A DNA stretch of 64,000 bases from the human T2T-CHM13v2.0 reference genome, Homo sapiens (GCF_009914755.1 NC_060932.1), one strand, 5' to 3'; shown: positions 1 through 17,598, counted from the first letter of the stretch. Program-made: numbers and translations. The notes: generated by a model from the letters alone, not told the origin.

Positions 1-113
1 AAAAAAAAAAGCCACTTTAAGCACCATCTATTCCCATCCTGGTAAAAGGCATTCAGCAAATGGCAAAATGCTCTTCAATTTTTATTCAGTGAAAACTTGC
101 TCTACAGTGTTAC

Positions 114-550
114 CTTCTGAATTCAGTATCTTTTTCTGAATGATAGCTTTCCACTGTCACCCAAGTACAAAAAGCCAGCGGTAATTGTCATAGTGTGTGA
201 TTCATTATCCATAGTATCATCATGTATAGATTTAATTAATTCTGGAAAGGTTCCCTTCCACAGCTGCCCGTGGCTCAGAATTTTCAGGTTGCAATCTTGG
301 TATCCAGACTATAATAGTGTCTCTTGCTGTGTTAAGAAGCTATTCAGTATGTGTAGTTGTTGGGCTTGACCTTTTCGTCGTCTAGTGCAGATTAACAGAA
401 GGTAGAGTGGCTGAGAATCTCACTGATGAAATTTTCGTGCTTGATTCTTCGTTCTGAATATGGTGGTAATAATAGTTCTTGGCTTAAGCACAATCCATTT
501 TAAAAGTTCTGTAATTGCTAAATTATAATAATCATAATGATGTGAGATGT
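114..550 (-). other. Candidate non-coding exon (minus strand)
   Basis: Minus-strand acceptor TTTTCTGATCTCTTCTCTTGCAG ends at 551 and donor AG|GTAACA follows 114. An upstream GTAAGT donor at 695 would give a 145-nt intron. Stops occur in all three frames. No transcript evidence. Confidence 0.3.
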
Positions 551-1343
551 CTGCAAGAGAAGAGATCAGAAAATACACTTTTCTGTCTTAAAAGGATTTT
601 TATTTCTTCCATTTCAAAGCATGCCTGCTTGCAGCAATATACAGCCAGTATTTCAATTCTGAAATCTTTCAGAGGCTATCACTGCAATGACTTACTTAGA
701 AATAAAGAAGAACTTCCCATTCCATCACCTCCTGCAATATGAGAGTGTGTGTACCAATCTTTTGGATCTACTGGCAATCAGTAGCAGGATAGTAGCAAAT
801 TATTTGATTTGGTTAAGCAATGACTTAAAAAGTAGATGGGAAAAAAGTATATTCCATCTATTTAAAAAAACTATGAATAATTATGTACATTTATACAACT
901 TTACACTCAACTTGGAGATCATCTTCCTTCATGCAAAAATGACACTTTTATGGATTAATCATATTAAAGTTTGTGTATGATCTAATTTACTAAATATGAC
1001 TTTTAACCCAGCACACTTGCCCACTTTTTTTTTTTACCTAGTGTAAGCAGAACTAGAGTGTAAATGTTTCGTCATCATAATCCTTTGTAGCATCTTGGAA
1101 CAATTACTCAAATATTTAATTCATATTTTAGGTTTATAGCTTTGAAAATATTTTAAATATTAAAAAATGACAGTTTTCAAGAAGTAATTCCTAAGTGGAA
1201 AGATAATTTCACCTAGCAGCAACCTAAGCTTAAAGAGGATTAAAGTCTAAATACAATAATAATGTAATAATAATGTGGGCTGAAAAAGAGTGATGTCCTG
1301 TCAGATACATGTTAGTGGCTCCCATCAATATTATGAGATGATT

Positions 1344-1737
<394 letters not shown>

Positions 1738-1964
1738 TTATGCATATATTATAATAGTCATACATGCAACAAGTCTTACTGAAAAAAATCACACATTTTG
1801 AAGCTTAAGTAGATTTTAGAGATTATTTTACTCTCCTACGTTTTCTTAATGACTAAACTGACGTTCACAGTTGTTAGGACTGTTGCCAATGGTCACAAAT
1901 CTAGATCACAACAGAACAAAGAATGTCACCCTCACCCATTCTTCAATTTCTCATTTGTTTTCTG

Positions 1965-2090
1965 GCCAGAAAGACCTAGTTTTAATCCCTATGTCTACCA
2001 TCCAATATTTTTGGGACCTTGGACAATTTACCTAAGCCATATAGGACCAAGGTTTCCTTACTTTAAAGGATGAAAAAATATTAGAAGAGT
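1965..2090 (+). mobile_element. MIR fragment
   Basis: Degenerate match to MIR core (agacctagttttaatcc...gaccttggacaattta...gtttccttactttaaagg). Confidence 0.55.
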
Positions 2091-2744
2091 TAATAGATGT
2101 TTTCAAATTCATGGTCATATTGTATATAATCAAAATTAGTAGATATTACTATTGAATGTTATTTTTATGACTTTGGTTAGGTGGAGTTAACTATCCTAAG
2201 CCCTAGTTTTTATATTTATGATTAGCAAATAAAGCAAGAAGCATGAACTCCTCGGGGTTTCTCTGAAGGGAATACATTTTTATACAATGCCCTTTGTGTG
2301 TATAGCAACTAGAGTTCTAGGAAGTCCTGTCTAAGTATTAGGTGACTTAAAAGAAAAAGTCTAATTCAATACTGCTTCAGTCTTTAATATTACTCAAGGG
2401 TAGAAAATGTGCAGAAGTATCATTTTTCTTTAGCAGAAAAGCTTAATGAGCAGCAGGTGTGCAGATTTGAGACTAGAATTAAACTTCCAGTAAAAAGGCA
2501 AAGCCTATAAAGAGCACTCTCTTCAAGAGAGAAGGACAGAGGATTTTGGAGTTTAAGGTATTCAGGTTAAAAGGCACAGAGCATTGACTTAGGTGAATGA
2601 AACATAGTCAACGAGGGAAAATGCAACCAGCAAGGAACTTCTGATGTCGGAAAGGCTTAATGATTTTCGGAACACATCTATCTAATACTAAATTTACTCT
2701 AATGAGGTATGTTCAATACTGCCATAAGTAAACACTGAAGTTAA

Positions 2745-2950
<206 letters not shown>

Positions 2951-3379
2951 TGGTTCTTTATTTAACCAAAACTTGTTATCAAGACTTAAGCTACATAGAG
3001 TTATACTAACAAAAAAATTAATATATTGATGCAATTAGAATATTTTTAGCAAACTGAAAGAATGATGTCTAGCCATAATTATTTCAAAGCTTACAGTCTG
3101 TAGGTCTGTATTTTCAAAATCATTATCTGGATAAAGGCCATAGTGGCCAACCAGGTGACTGAAAAGGGACTGGTAAAGGGGTTACAGAAAGCTCTCCACT
3201 GTGAACCATTGGTATAATAGTTGAGCAACTTAACTCAGGGATGTCACTCACAGAAGAACACATTATCCCAAATAGAATGGCCCTGTTCTACTCTGTAAGA
3301 GCCTGTCAAGTTGCTGAACTTTTCCAAGTCAATGAATGGGAATACTCTCTTAAATAGAAGAACACAAGCTTAAGGTCTC

Positions 3380-4930
3380 TGACAATAAAATACTTAACAA
3401 ATGTAACATGCTCTGTTTATGTTATTTTTGTTCTAAGATAACATCAAGTGCTATACACTGCAAAATAAACAAACTCTATATCCTAATCAGGGAAAGCAAG
3501 GAATACCTTCATGGAAAAAGTGACACATACAATGAGAAGCTGGTAAAGACAATAAGGGAATATAATAGAATGTTCCAAGTAGAGATGACATTATGTGTCA
3601 CATATTGCATCCATGAGAAATGGAATATGCCTGAAGCAGTCTATTAGGAAGTGTTTTGGCATTAACATCTGTTGAAAGAAAGAGACAGAAACAGGAATGA
3701 GCAGAAGAGAAGTCAAGCTGTGATGCCGTTGCAACAGAAGTCTCATCCAGCTGTATTGGGGACTCTGAAGGTACAATGACTCTTCAGATTTGCCCTAAGT
3801 TGAGGCTAGAAAGCCAAGCTTGTGTATGTCTTGTCAATAAGTAATTGGGCACAGATTGTTTTCTGCATCCCACCTGAAAGCTTGAATAGCTTTGGGTGAG
3901 GCAATTCCCCTTCCTTATACAATCCCTGAAGGGAGCTGACAGTTGAGATATATCTCTTGATGGCAATTACAGAAGCTGGAATAATAAGTCCTTCATTCTT
4001 GGATTGGGATCTGGGCAACACTTAGCATACACCACACCAAGTTTAAAATATTGGAAGTGAATCTGAGACGAAAGAAATCCAGGATGACAAAAAGAGAACC
4101 TAAAGGATGGTGGTAAAACATAAGGTGGTGTTTCTGGCCAGAAAACAAATGAGAAATGGAAGAATGGGTGACATTCTTTGTTCTGTTATGATCTAGATTT
4201 GTGACCATTGGCAATACTCCTAACATAACTAGCTCAATAATCCTATAATTTTATCATTAGAAACTTCAGCTAGTTTTACAATACTGACCAATGTGTGTAG
4301 AAACAACACCTAAGGCTAGATCAAAAAGGATCGGAAAAAACATTTCAGGACTCTGGACTTCAAATTAGGGACAAAGAGAAATCACTTGGGCTTTTCAGCA
4401 CAAGGCAAGATGAATAGACTTGAATTGAAAGATCCGTTTAGCAGCTTTGTGGAGAATAGAGTGGAGAAAGCCAGTAGCAGTTCAGAGCAACCAAATAGAA
4501 GAAGGAGTCTGGGCAAACACATGGTGCCCTCGAAGTAACATGTGCGTGAGGGAATGGTACAGCTCCATACATGGGTCTGGAATTGATGAGCACTTTTATA
4601 GAGGTTAAGATGTGAGTGTGAAGTCAAGGAAATGGATGAGATGATGGTGGGAGTGAGTAGAGCGTCAGCAATGTAAAGATCCTAGAAAAGAAACCTTAAA
4701 GTATTACAACCTTTATTAGCCAGCAAGGGAAAGAGAGGCTGACAAATTAGAGAGAAATTGAAGAAGCTGGATGGAAGAAATCTAACACAGTGTTTCACTG
4801 AAATTAAGGGCTATGAGCCTTCCAAGAGCTCAAGAAAGGGTACCATTGCTATGTGCTGCTGAATGATCAAATACAATCAGGACTGATACACATCGATTAT
4901 ATTTGGCAATATCACAAGGGCAATGATTAA
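3380..4930 (-). mobile_element. L2 LINE remnant, interrupted by an LTR16-like element and a 169-bp insertion
   Basis: Purine-rich degenerate L2 antisense motifs (gatccgtttagcagctttgtggagaataga; gtgctgctgaatgatcaaatacaatcaggactga...atttggcaa). Confidence 0.6.
3594..4036 (-). mobile_element. LTR16-family (ERVL) solo LTR
   Basis: Motifs ctgtgatgccgttgcaacagaagtctca, ctttgggtgaggcaattcccc, gggatctgggcaacac...accaca; TG...CA ends. Confidence 0.6.
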
Positions 4931-5473
4931 GAGGTAAATCAGGGAATGGTAGCTTTAACTGTTTAGTTTTGAGAACTTGGAATTTTTCTTGACTTTTATT
5001 TTCTCTGTAAAGTTAGCACAGATTGTCTATTAGGAAAGTAGAGGGAAATGTTAGATTTGAAGCTATGGGAGTTTAGCCAAGAGATTATAATGGCAGCACT
5101 CCAAATTGAACATGGCAGACCGTATATACTTGTTTATGTCTGTTAGCTTTGAGATACCGTGAAAATGACAGTAGCAAGAATTTTCATAAATGCGTACCTC
5201 TAGAAAGACAAAGAGAACCTGAGGGGAGAGGTAAGAAATACTTCTAGTAAAGATTTGAAATATTTTTGGGAGAGATGAAAATGAAAAATATTGAAAAGAT
5301 GAGTTACACACATTGGTCAGTGTTGTAAAACTAGGTGAAGTTTCTGATGATAAAATTATAGGATTATTGAGCTAGTTATGTTAGGAGTATTGCCAATGGT
5401 CACAAGTCTAGATCATAACAGAACAAAGAATGTCACCCATTCTTCCATTTCTCATTTGTTTTCTGGCCAGAAA
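4131..5473. repeat. 169-bp inverted repeat (arms 4131-4299 and 5305-5473)
   Basis: Reverse complement of 4131-4299 matches 5305-5473 with 4 mismatches; spacer is ~1 kb. Confidence 0.95.
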
Positions 5474-5484
5474 GACCTAGTTTT

Positions 5485-5640
<156 letters not shown>

Positions 5641-5709
5641 CAGAAAGACCTAGTTTTAAATCCTATGTCTACCATCCAATATTTTTGGAACCTGGGAAAA
5701 TTAGTGTAT

Positions 5710-6063
5710 TTATTCTTTTGTTTTTATTTTTTAAATTTATTTTCTTATTTTTCAATTTTATGAGTACACAGTAGGTGTATATATTTATGGGGTATATGTG
5801 ATGTTTTGATACAGGGATGCAATGTGTAATAATCACATCAAGGTAATTGGGGTATTCATCACCTCAAGTATTTATCATTTCTTTGTGTTCGGAACATTCC
5901 AATTTCACTCTTTTGGTTATTTTGAAATGTAGAATAAATCATTATTGACTGTAGTCACCCTATTGTGCTATCAAATACTAGATCTTACTCATTCTACCTT
6001 AACTATATTTTTGTACCCATTAACCATCTCTACTCTCCCTTGCCCCCTGCAACCTTTACCAGA
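5710..6063 (-). mobile_element. L1MA-family 3' end
   Basis: gtaggtgtatatatttatggggta...catcacctcaagtatttatcatttctttgtgtt...gtagtcaccctattgtgctatcaaatactagatctt. Confidence 0.85.
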
Positions 6064-6302
6064 CTATCATTTTCTTTGTAGTACCTACATCACTTCTCAG
6101 CTTAGGTGTAAGCAAAAAGAAAATACTGGTGTTTAGCTGGATAGATGCTAACAGAGTATAAAAACTAAGGCGTTTTGATAAGACAGTGGTTGGAATGATG
6201 GATAAGATAATCAAAGCTGTATAGAGAAGGAATTTAAGAAATGGTATAATTATATTCTGTAGCAGAGACAGCTTCCAAACTGCAAGTATAGACTGTTGAA
6301 AC

Positions 6303-6620
6303 TAATGGTAGCACTTCAAATTGAACATGGCAGACCAAATATACTTGTTTACCTCTGTTCTCTTTGAGATACCATGAAAATGACAGCAGCAAGAATTTTC
6401 GTAAAGGCATAAGACTAGAAAGGCAAAGAGAACCTCAGAGAAGAAGTGAGCAATATATTTTGGAAAGCTGGAAAGTGTAAGATTGAGTAGTAACTTGGCA
6501 GACTGAGGAAATTGCAATTATGTCAGCCCCAGGGACAGTGCAAAATCAGGCTGATTCAGGAACTCTGCAAGACTCAGAATTTGGATGTACAAAGTACTTC
6601 TATAAGTAGGACTTTAAATA
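6303..6620 (+). mobile_element. Old L1M/HAL1-like 5' fragment (partial second copy at 5087-5290)
   Basis: aacatggcagac...tacctctg...aaaatgacagc...aaaggcataa...caaagagaac...ttttggaaagctggaaag resembles ancient L1/HAL1 5' ends. Confidence 0.4.
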
Positions 6621-6621
6621 G

Positions 6622-7128
<507 letters not shown>

Positions 7129-7168
7129 CTTACCTTTATTTTTATATTAAAATTCCACACATTTGATC

Positions 7169-7636
7169 TGTTAAAAGAAAACTTCAAATTAAATTTTACA
7201 GACTTAAATTGAGCAAAAAACAAACAAAGAAACAAAAAAACCCCAAAAAACAACAAAGAAACGATTCACAAATCGGGCAGCCTCCAGAATCACAGCAGAT
7301 TCAGAGATACTCCAGGGGTTCCTCGTGGTCAGAATAAATTTATAGACAAAAGAAGTAAATGGATGTACAGGAATCAGAAGTGAGGTACAGAAACACCTGG
7401 ATTGGTTACAAGTTAGTGTTTGTCTTATTTGAACACAGTTTGAACACTCAGAAGTCTATGAGTGGTTGCAGTATGGCCGCTGGGATTGACTAATACCCAG
7501 CTATCATTACAGGCGCATACTCCTAAGTTAGGTTTTCAATTTTGTCTGTCTATTAAGCTAGCCTACGTTTGGCCCACAAGGACTCAAATATAGAAGTACG
7601 GAGTCTTTCTCAGATCATATTTAGTTCGTTTTGACA
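7169..7636 (-). mobile_element. MER57-family (ERV1) solo LTR
   Basis: Reverse complement of the right end reads TGTCAAAACGAACTAAATATGATCTGAGAAAGACTCCGTACTTCTATATTTGAGTCCTTGTGG, matching the MER57 5' end; TG...CA termini. Confidence 0.8.
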
Positions 7637-8309
7637 GTACTTTTATGTTACATTTTGACATATAGAATAGTGATTCTGAATGATTTTATAACTCTTCTGA
7701 GCTTGGAACCAAATGAAAGAAAGAGGGAGAGAGAGAGAGAAAGAGAGGAGGATTATATTTCTGCTTTACTGCTAATAAAAGCTGAACTGGAAAATAGGAG
7801 GCCAATACTAATTAAATTAGCACAGACTGACCAGAACATGGCAGACCTTCCCTGAAAGGACAGAGACTGCTTCAAAATGAGAAAATTACACAGAGAGAAA
7901 GAAATAGCAGACCAAGATGTACCTTCTTAGAAAGTGGAAAGGTGGGGGTATAGGAGAAAGAAAAAAATACTGGGATAAGCATTAGCAATTTCTTTTCTCT
8001 TAGGCTCACCTAACAGATAAGTTACAGAGCAGTGAAGAATCTTAGAGTAAATCTTGGAGTGTTTCTTTGTTATTTTTCCTCTTAAAAAGTCAAATGAGAA
8101 TTCCCATCACCCTATGGCAATGTTAGGAGTAAGAATAAATGTCCTTCTAAATAATTATAAAGATCAATGGTGTTTATATACTGCAGCCATTTAAATATTG
8201 TTTATTGCAGGGTGAAGTAGTGTGAATGTATTTCTTTTCTTTCTGCCTTTATCATTTTATTTTTGTTTCTATTTCTTCTTATTCATTTTTTTTAGCGTTC
8301 TCAGATTCA

Positions 8310-8869
<560 letters not shown>

Positions 8870-9176
8870 TAATATTATCTAAGTAATATAAATGTAAATA
8901 AAAGTTTTTCCCAAAGATTTCTTATGAAATCTTTTATCCTTCTGCCCAAAACTGGACAGATTGTTTTAAATGCCTGCAGACCGGTAGCCATTCTGGGTTT
9001 ACCCTGTTGGGATTTGTACATTGGGCCCTCCATGGTCTTTTTCTTTATAACCTTCGTTGTATTAAAGTACACATTTAATGATACCAGAAGGTAGGTGTGT
9101 AAGATAAATTTTTGGAGACTTTCAGGTAGAAAAAGTCCTTATTTTCTTCTCAGTTTATATTTCTCATATACTGTAG

Positions 9177-9486
<310 letters not shown>

Positions 9487-10464
9487 CCTCTGATTTTTAA
9501 AGGTATAACTTTCTTCTGACAGAGATGAGTGGTCTGTTTGCAATCTATTTATTTTTTTCTTTTCTCTCTAGAATCTTTTATAAATCTTCTTTTTATCACT
9601 GGTAATATAAAATTTCTGGGTGTGGGTAACTAATTTTTTATTCATCCTACTCAACAATTTGTTGAATCCTTTTTTTCACCTCTCTTAAATTTTAGTAAAT
9701 TATCTTCTATTATACCCCACCTTCATTTTCTGTTATTTTTTTTCCTTGAACTCCTGTTAGTCAGCTGATATCTCAATTAAAATATTTTATATGTGAAAAT
9801 ATATATAAGAAATATATTGTTTATATTAGAAAGATATATTGTTTATATTAAGCAATTGTTGCATATAGCATAATGCTTAAATTAAGGGGATTTCTTCAGC
9901 TCTATCCTCTAACATGCTTGTGAGTAGTTTCTTTTTTTATTTTAGCAATTTTATCTTTTATTTTTGTAGGGATTTTTCTTGGTCCCCAAATGTACTTCTT
10001 GTAAGCATCACGTTTACAAATTAATTTTCCTCAAAGTTCTATTTGTTGCATTATGTGTATCTCCTCCAGTCAATGGTTTTTTGTTTGTTTGTTTAGATCA
10101 TCCTTTTCCATGATGCAAGCTTTCCTGAAATATCTAGCAATTCCTGGTCATGCCTCCATATATAATATAAGGAAAAGCAAAGGATGATTGTAGTTCACGT
10201 TTGTGTGGACAGAATTTTCAACAGACTGCCTTCACTTTGGATAAAGCAGGATATTTTACTGAGGCGATTAAGTGCAAAAATTTAGAACACTTTATTCTGG
10301 GATTTTAAAATTGCCCTAGCTTTCTCCATATAGTTTGTTCTAGTTTTGACTTAAAAAAATATGATAATCATTGTTTCAGCAGGGACTTAAATTTCTATGG
10401 CTTTCATTTTTCTCCAGAGCCTAGGAGAGTGGTGGCATCATTGTCTCTTTTCTGTTTAAAGTTT

Positions 10465-10693
10465 CAAGCTTGTCTAAGCCGTGGCCTGTGGCCTGCGTGC
10501 GGCCCAGGATGGCTTTGAATGTGGCCCAACATAAACTAGCGAAGTTTCTGAAAACATTACAAGATTAATGTATGGACCTTTTTTTTTTTTTTTTTTCTAA
10601 TCAGCTATCATTAGTGTTAGTGTATTTTATGTGTGGCACAAGACAATTCTTCTTCCAGTGTGGCCCAGAGAAGCAAAAAGAATGGACACCCTT
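10465..10693. mobile_element. MER30 (hAT-Charlie non-autonomous DNA transposon)
   Basis: CAAGCTTGTC...GGCCCAGGATGGCTTTGAATGTGGCCCAACA...AAGACAATTCTTCTTCCAGTGTGGCCCAG...TGGACACCC. Confidence 0.85.
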
Positions 10694-12239
10694 CAAATTA
10701 AACCTTCAGATAATACCTCTCTTTTCATCTCTGTTCTTCACTCTTAACTTTCTGTTTTTGCATTTGTAGTTTTCGTGAATATGTGCTGGGTGAACTGACT
10801 GCCCACCAGAATTCTAGGTGTTTTCTCAAGCGTTCTTCACCAGAATTTGTGAAATCTCTTTTCTATTAATGACTTTCATTCTATTTTCTTTATTATAGGG
10901 TCATATTGTTGTTTGTATATTTCTTTATAATAACTTTATTACCTCACGAGAAATATAGTGTGAAGATATGTCTTCATTCTGCCATCTTGACCCAGGCCCA
11001 AATTTAGTTTTAAAATGCTCAGGGGAACATGGAACATATATTAGGGTATAGGAAGGATAGAGAGTCGAAACTAGTTACACACCTCATTTAGGCGAAATGA
11101 TAGTATCTTGAATTAGACTGGCTGCTGTGAAGTTAGGAAAATGCAGATGAACTCAACAGTATTTTGGAAGTGAAATTAACATGACACTATTTATTTTGTG
11201 GTAAATAAATTCACATTTATATAGTTTAGTTTTTTTCATCGTTTCAATAGTTCTCCAACTTTTATTTTAGAGTAAATAGGTGATTCTAATCTTTTAAATC
11301 TCACTTTATGAAGAAGTAGTAATATGTCTTTTATTATTTTTGTTAAAAATCTATTATTCCTTTTAAACTCTATTATATTTTTAAGAATTGTAATCTTAAA
11401 TTCACATAGTGTTTGAAGCATTGAGATATACTACACCTGAAAATTATTAATATGTCAGTCTCTATTACCTATACTATTCTATAAGTAGAGGTAATTCCTG
11501 AACCAATCTAGGCCAGGTCAAGGTAATGTAAGAAGTGTCAGTCAGAATGGGGCTTGGAATACTCTTGGAATGTATTTCATTATTCAGATTCAAATTTATA
11601 TAGCTGTTATTCAGATTCCCTAAATCCTTAGTTGTTAAATACCACAAATATAAATATTCCTTGGAAATATATATGCTTATAAGATAAGGCCAACAAAAGA
11701 TTTTATAAGTACCTCAAATTTATCTTTACAACCTTGATGAGAATGCATCAGTCCTAGTGATCTGTAGTGTGCCACCTCAGAGTATATCAAGTATCAATTT
11801 TGCATATTAGGCCTATATTAGGCCTATACTAAACAAATCCTGACAACCTTCTAAAGGGCTTTTCCTGAGTGGAAGCCTCCACAGATCATATTTTTGCATG
11901 AGATTTACAGATAACAACAATAGGGAAGTAATTCAAAATGATAATTTTTGAAAGGATTGAAGACCAGAAGTAGGCCTGATAACAATTATTAAAGGAAAAT
12001 ATCTCCTTTTATTACTTTAGTTTATTAAATGTTGTTGTATTTGACCCATCTATATGTGAGTTCCACTTTTATAAAGAAACTCTTAGAGACAGAGGATTTA
12101 AGTCATGTTAGAGATAGATGTATTCATAAGGTTAGCATTGATAGAAAAAAATTGAAGCCAGAGATATAAGAGAAGTGATTCATAAGCCAGCTGCTCATTA
12201 GAACACCTTTAGAGTTTCTAATCTTGGACATAGGTTTCA

Positions 12240-13975
<1,736 letters not shown>

Positions 13976-14149
13976 GAGTTAATTCTAGGTTTAGTTGCTG
14001 CTTGTAATATAAACTTTCCAAAGATACTCAATATGGAGATATCATACTTTAGTCAGGTATTACCCTTTTTCCTCTGTTTCAATATGTCCAAAAAAACAAA
14101 ACAAAAAAAAGTTTGAGTAGTTTCTATGTTCAATAAGCTTATATGTTAC

Positions 14150-14305
14150 ATTTCACTATCTCCTTTTTATAGAGTACGAAACTCAGTTTAATAAAATTTA
14201 GTGTGTAGTCCACATTCACACAGTTAGTACATGAAAAAGAAAAGATTTGAGCAGGTTTTTCTGGCTTCCAAGTGCATGCTTTTCCCACTAGACAACACTG
14301 TCTTA
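14150..14305 (-). mobile_element. MIR
   Basis: tttttatagagtacgaaactcag...cacacagttagt...ctggcttccaagtgcatgcttttcccactagacaacactg. Confidence 0.65.
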
Positions 14306-14441
14306 CCTCACGATAAATTCCCCACCTCCCTATACTGATAGAGATTCTTAAAAGCAAAACAAAACAAAACAAAAAACAAACCAAAACAACACAGCTCTAG
14401 AACTATCTCTATCTTACATTTCCTTTCAAAATATATCCAAC

Positions 14442-14748
14442 TGTTTGTTTCTTTGTTTGTTTGTTTTTGAGGCGGAGTTTCGCCCTCTCACCAGACTGGA
14501 AGTGCAGTGGCATGATCTCGGGCTCACTGCAACCTCCTACTCCTGAGTTCAAGAGATTCTGCTGCCTCAGCCTCCCAAGTAGCTGGGACTGCAGGCACAC
14601 ACCACCATGCCCCGCTAATTTTCGTAGTTTTAGTAGAGACGAGGTTTCACCATGTTGGCCAGGAAGGTCTCCATCTCTTGACCTCGTGATCCGCCCGCCT
14701 TGGCCTCACAAAGTGCTGGGATTACAGGCGTGAGCCACCGTGCCCGGC
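14442..14748 (-). mobile_element. AluSc
   Basis: TCACCAGACTGG, GGTCTCCATCTCTTGACCTCGTGATCC; TSD CCAACT(g/a)TTT. Confidence 0.92.
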
Positions 14749-14799
14749 CCAACTATTTTTCAATTTATATAAATGCAATCTGTATGATAAGTAAATGGA

Positions 14800-15190
14800 C
14801 TACAGAGTCAGCTAGATGGGACCAAAAATAGAAGAGCAGAGGAGAAAGAGTGATCTAGAGTGTATAGAGCCAGAAGAATAATTGTGCTACCTTTATATAT
14901 GCTGAGTTTGTGGGGTTGAGTGGGACATTCAGATGGAAAATTATTCATCAAGTGTTAAAAAATACACAAATGAGGCTTAAAATAGAGTTGAAAACAGCAG
15001 ATTTGGGAACCTCCATTTTCAGGGTACACGTCTGCAATTGGCAAGCAGATTATAGGAAAACAGAAAAATAATAGGAGAAAATGAACAAGATATTTACTCA
15101 GAAACTAAGAGATAAATCACATTGAGTAATGCTATGGAAAGGTCAAGAAAGAGAGATTGAGAAAAAGCCCTCACAGTAACCCTTTTAAAA
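14800..15190 (-). mobile_element. L2 fragment
   Basis: atgctgagtttgtgggg...gggacattcagatgga...gatttgggaacc; aatgctatggaaaggtcaagaaagagagattgagaaaa. Confidence 0.55.
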
Positions 15191-15329
15191 GTTAATTGAT
15201 GGAAAAATAAAGCAAAACTACTTATCACTTAGAGACTTTTTAGGTTGATGCCTTCATTTTTTTTCCCTCTGAATGACTTTTCAAAAAGTAATTGTAATCA
15301 TATTTAACATATAATTTTAGTGTTCTAAT

Positions 15330-15730
15330 TTTCCCTAAATATTGTATAATATGTAGTTTATATAAACAAATAAATTTCCTAAATACATACATAATAGTGG
15401 CATAATATTGCATTGAATGAATAAATCATACTTGAAGACTCCTGAAAATAAACAATTGATGGGCTTTCAATTTTGGTTACAATTGCTGTTTCAATACTTG
15501 TTTTGGTATATGCTGGTTTTGTCTATTGAAGATTATTCCTTCAGGAAAAAATCCTGATTCAGTCTTATTTCGAGAAATATTTAACTCCATTAGAGGTTCA
15601 TGATTTATATCACTAAAATGCTTTGCAAATAGATTACATCACTTATAGTGCCTTGAGCAATGTGCATTGTTACATCTTTAATAATACTTTTACAACTGTA
15701 GTGTATCTTACTATTTTAAAATCTTTTTAA
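15330..15730 (-). mobile_element. L1ME-type 3' fragment
   Basis: ggcataatattgcattgaatga...gatgggctttcaatttt...aaatgctttgcaaatagattacatcactta. Confidence 0.5.
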
Positions 15731-15811
15731 AGTTATGCATTGAACACTTTTTTAATTGGGAATGGGGAAAAGAGAAGTACACTACAGACCCTTTAGATTG
15801 GCTACCACAAA

Positions 15812-16115
<304 letters not shown>

Positions 16116-17295
16116 TAATTGTTAGGACTTTTACAGAAGTTAGACTCGAAGTATGTAATTAATAGGAAAAGAAATGTGGACTATAAACACTTCATTTTAA
16201 TATCTAATAAATTATGTCCCCTTCTCCTGCCCTCTGCAGGTATTGTATACTTATTTAAAGCTGTATTTTGTTTCATGCAACAAGTAATTGCTGTAGGAAA
16301 ATACATATCTTTGGAAATTTAGGTCAAATTACTGGTAAGTTATGTTTTAGGAAATGGAGGTGGGATCTTAAAGTTAGTAACAGTTGTGTAGGCTACAAAC
16401 AGACCCAAGTATTAACATGTGGGGAAGGATTTGTAAATCACTATACAAATTTGGTATAGCTTACAGAAACATAAGTTGGTATTCATCTATTAGTTGCTAT
16501 TATGAATAAAAAAGACAATAAGATTCACAAATGGGAAAAATTAAAGAAAAAAGGAGATGAATACTGAAGAAGGGAAAGCAATTTTAGGTCATAGATATTA
16601 GCAACTCATGTGACTCCACTATCCTAATCTGAGATGTATGTATTTATTGTCTAAGCAAACTCAAAGTTTCAGATTAAACGTTAATTATTGATGCTTTGCT
16701 TTGGGACCACACTATTGAAATAATATTGGTATTGTGTTGGAGGCAAAATATAGGCTCAATAATCACCTAAAAACAATCCTGACAGTGATAAAATATTGTT
16801 CAGCACTGACATTTTCCTTAAGGTGATGATTTTCCCCATTCAAATTCCTAAAAATGTGTGAGACTGAACAAAGCTAATATATTTATGGGTGATTTTACTC
16901 AGACATCTTCCATGGAATCTGTTGACAAGAAAAATAGCTTAATAAAATAAAGGGAGGAAGGAAAAGACTGAGGGAGAAAGATATTAAGTGAAAATGAATC
17001 CTAAAAGATTAATCAATGGTTGGATCTAGAAATTTAACTGAAGCCTTTAAATTAGACTTCCTTTAAGCCACTGTCAAACAAAAATGACCATATATAGTAT
17101 ATTGCTTTAATATCAGATGGGCATAAAGTGTTTTTTATGTAGTGTTTATGCTATTAGTTTTTATTAATTATCATCTCACAAATACTTTATTTTCTCAGTA
17201 TAAAAGGTCTTAGGTATTTGTCTTGCGCTGTTGAATTTTATACTGACTCTTTTTATTTTCCTATTCTTAATATCAATGAGATGATTCATTCTGTA

Positions 17296-17390
17296 GTATA
17301 TATATGTATATATTTACACACACATATATATACACACACTATATATATTCTCTAGCTAATGAATGTATGTGTATATATATTTTATATATA
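17296..17390. repeat. (TA)n/(CA)n low-complexity tract
   Basis: tatatatatgtatatatttacacacacatatatatacacacac. Confidence 0.7.
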
Positions 17391-17598
17391 ATTTTCTTTA
17401 AATTTGCCTACTAGCACATTTTGAGGAGAAATTAAAAAATAAAACTAAAAGTTTTGCGTATGAGGCATTGTACTATATTAATAACTGACATTTGTAAAAC
17501 AAACATGAATTCTTTACCTTTGGAAGCTTGAGTTTCAGTGAAGAATATTTTCCATGGCAGAATTTTTACATACATTACAGATTATTTAAAATTATTAT

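Noticed and set aside
515-980. Two overlapping short plus-strand ORFs (75 and 97 aa)
   Set aside because: No recognisable protein similarity and AT-rich composition consistent with chance.
9490-10260. T-rich region resembling an ancient antisense L1M/HAL1
   Set aside because: Too degenerate to assign a family or boundaries by eye.
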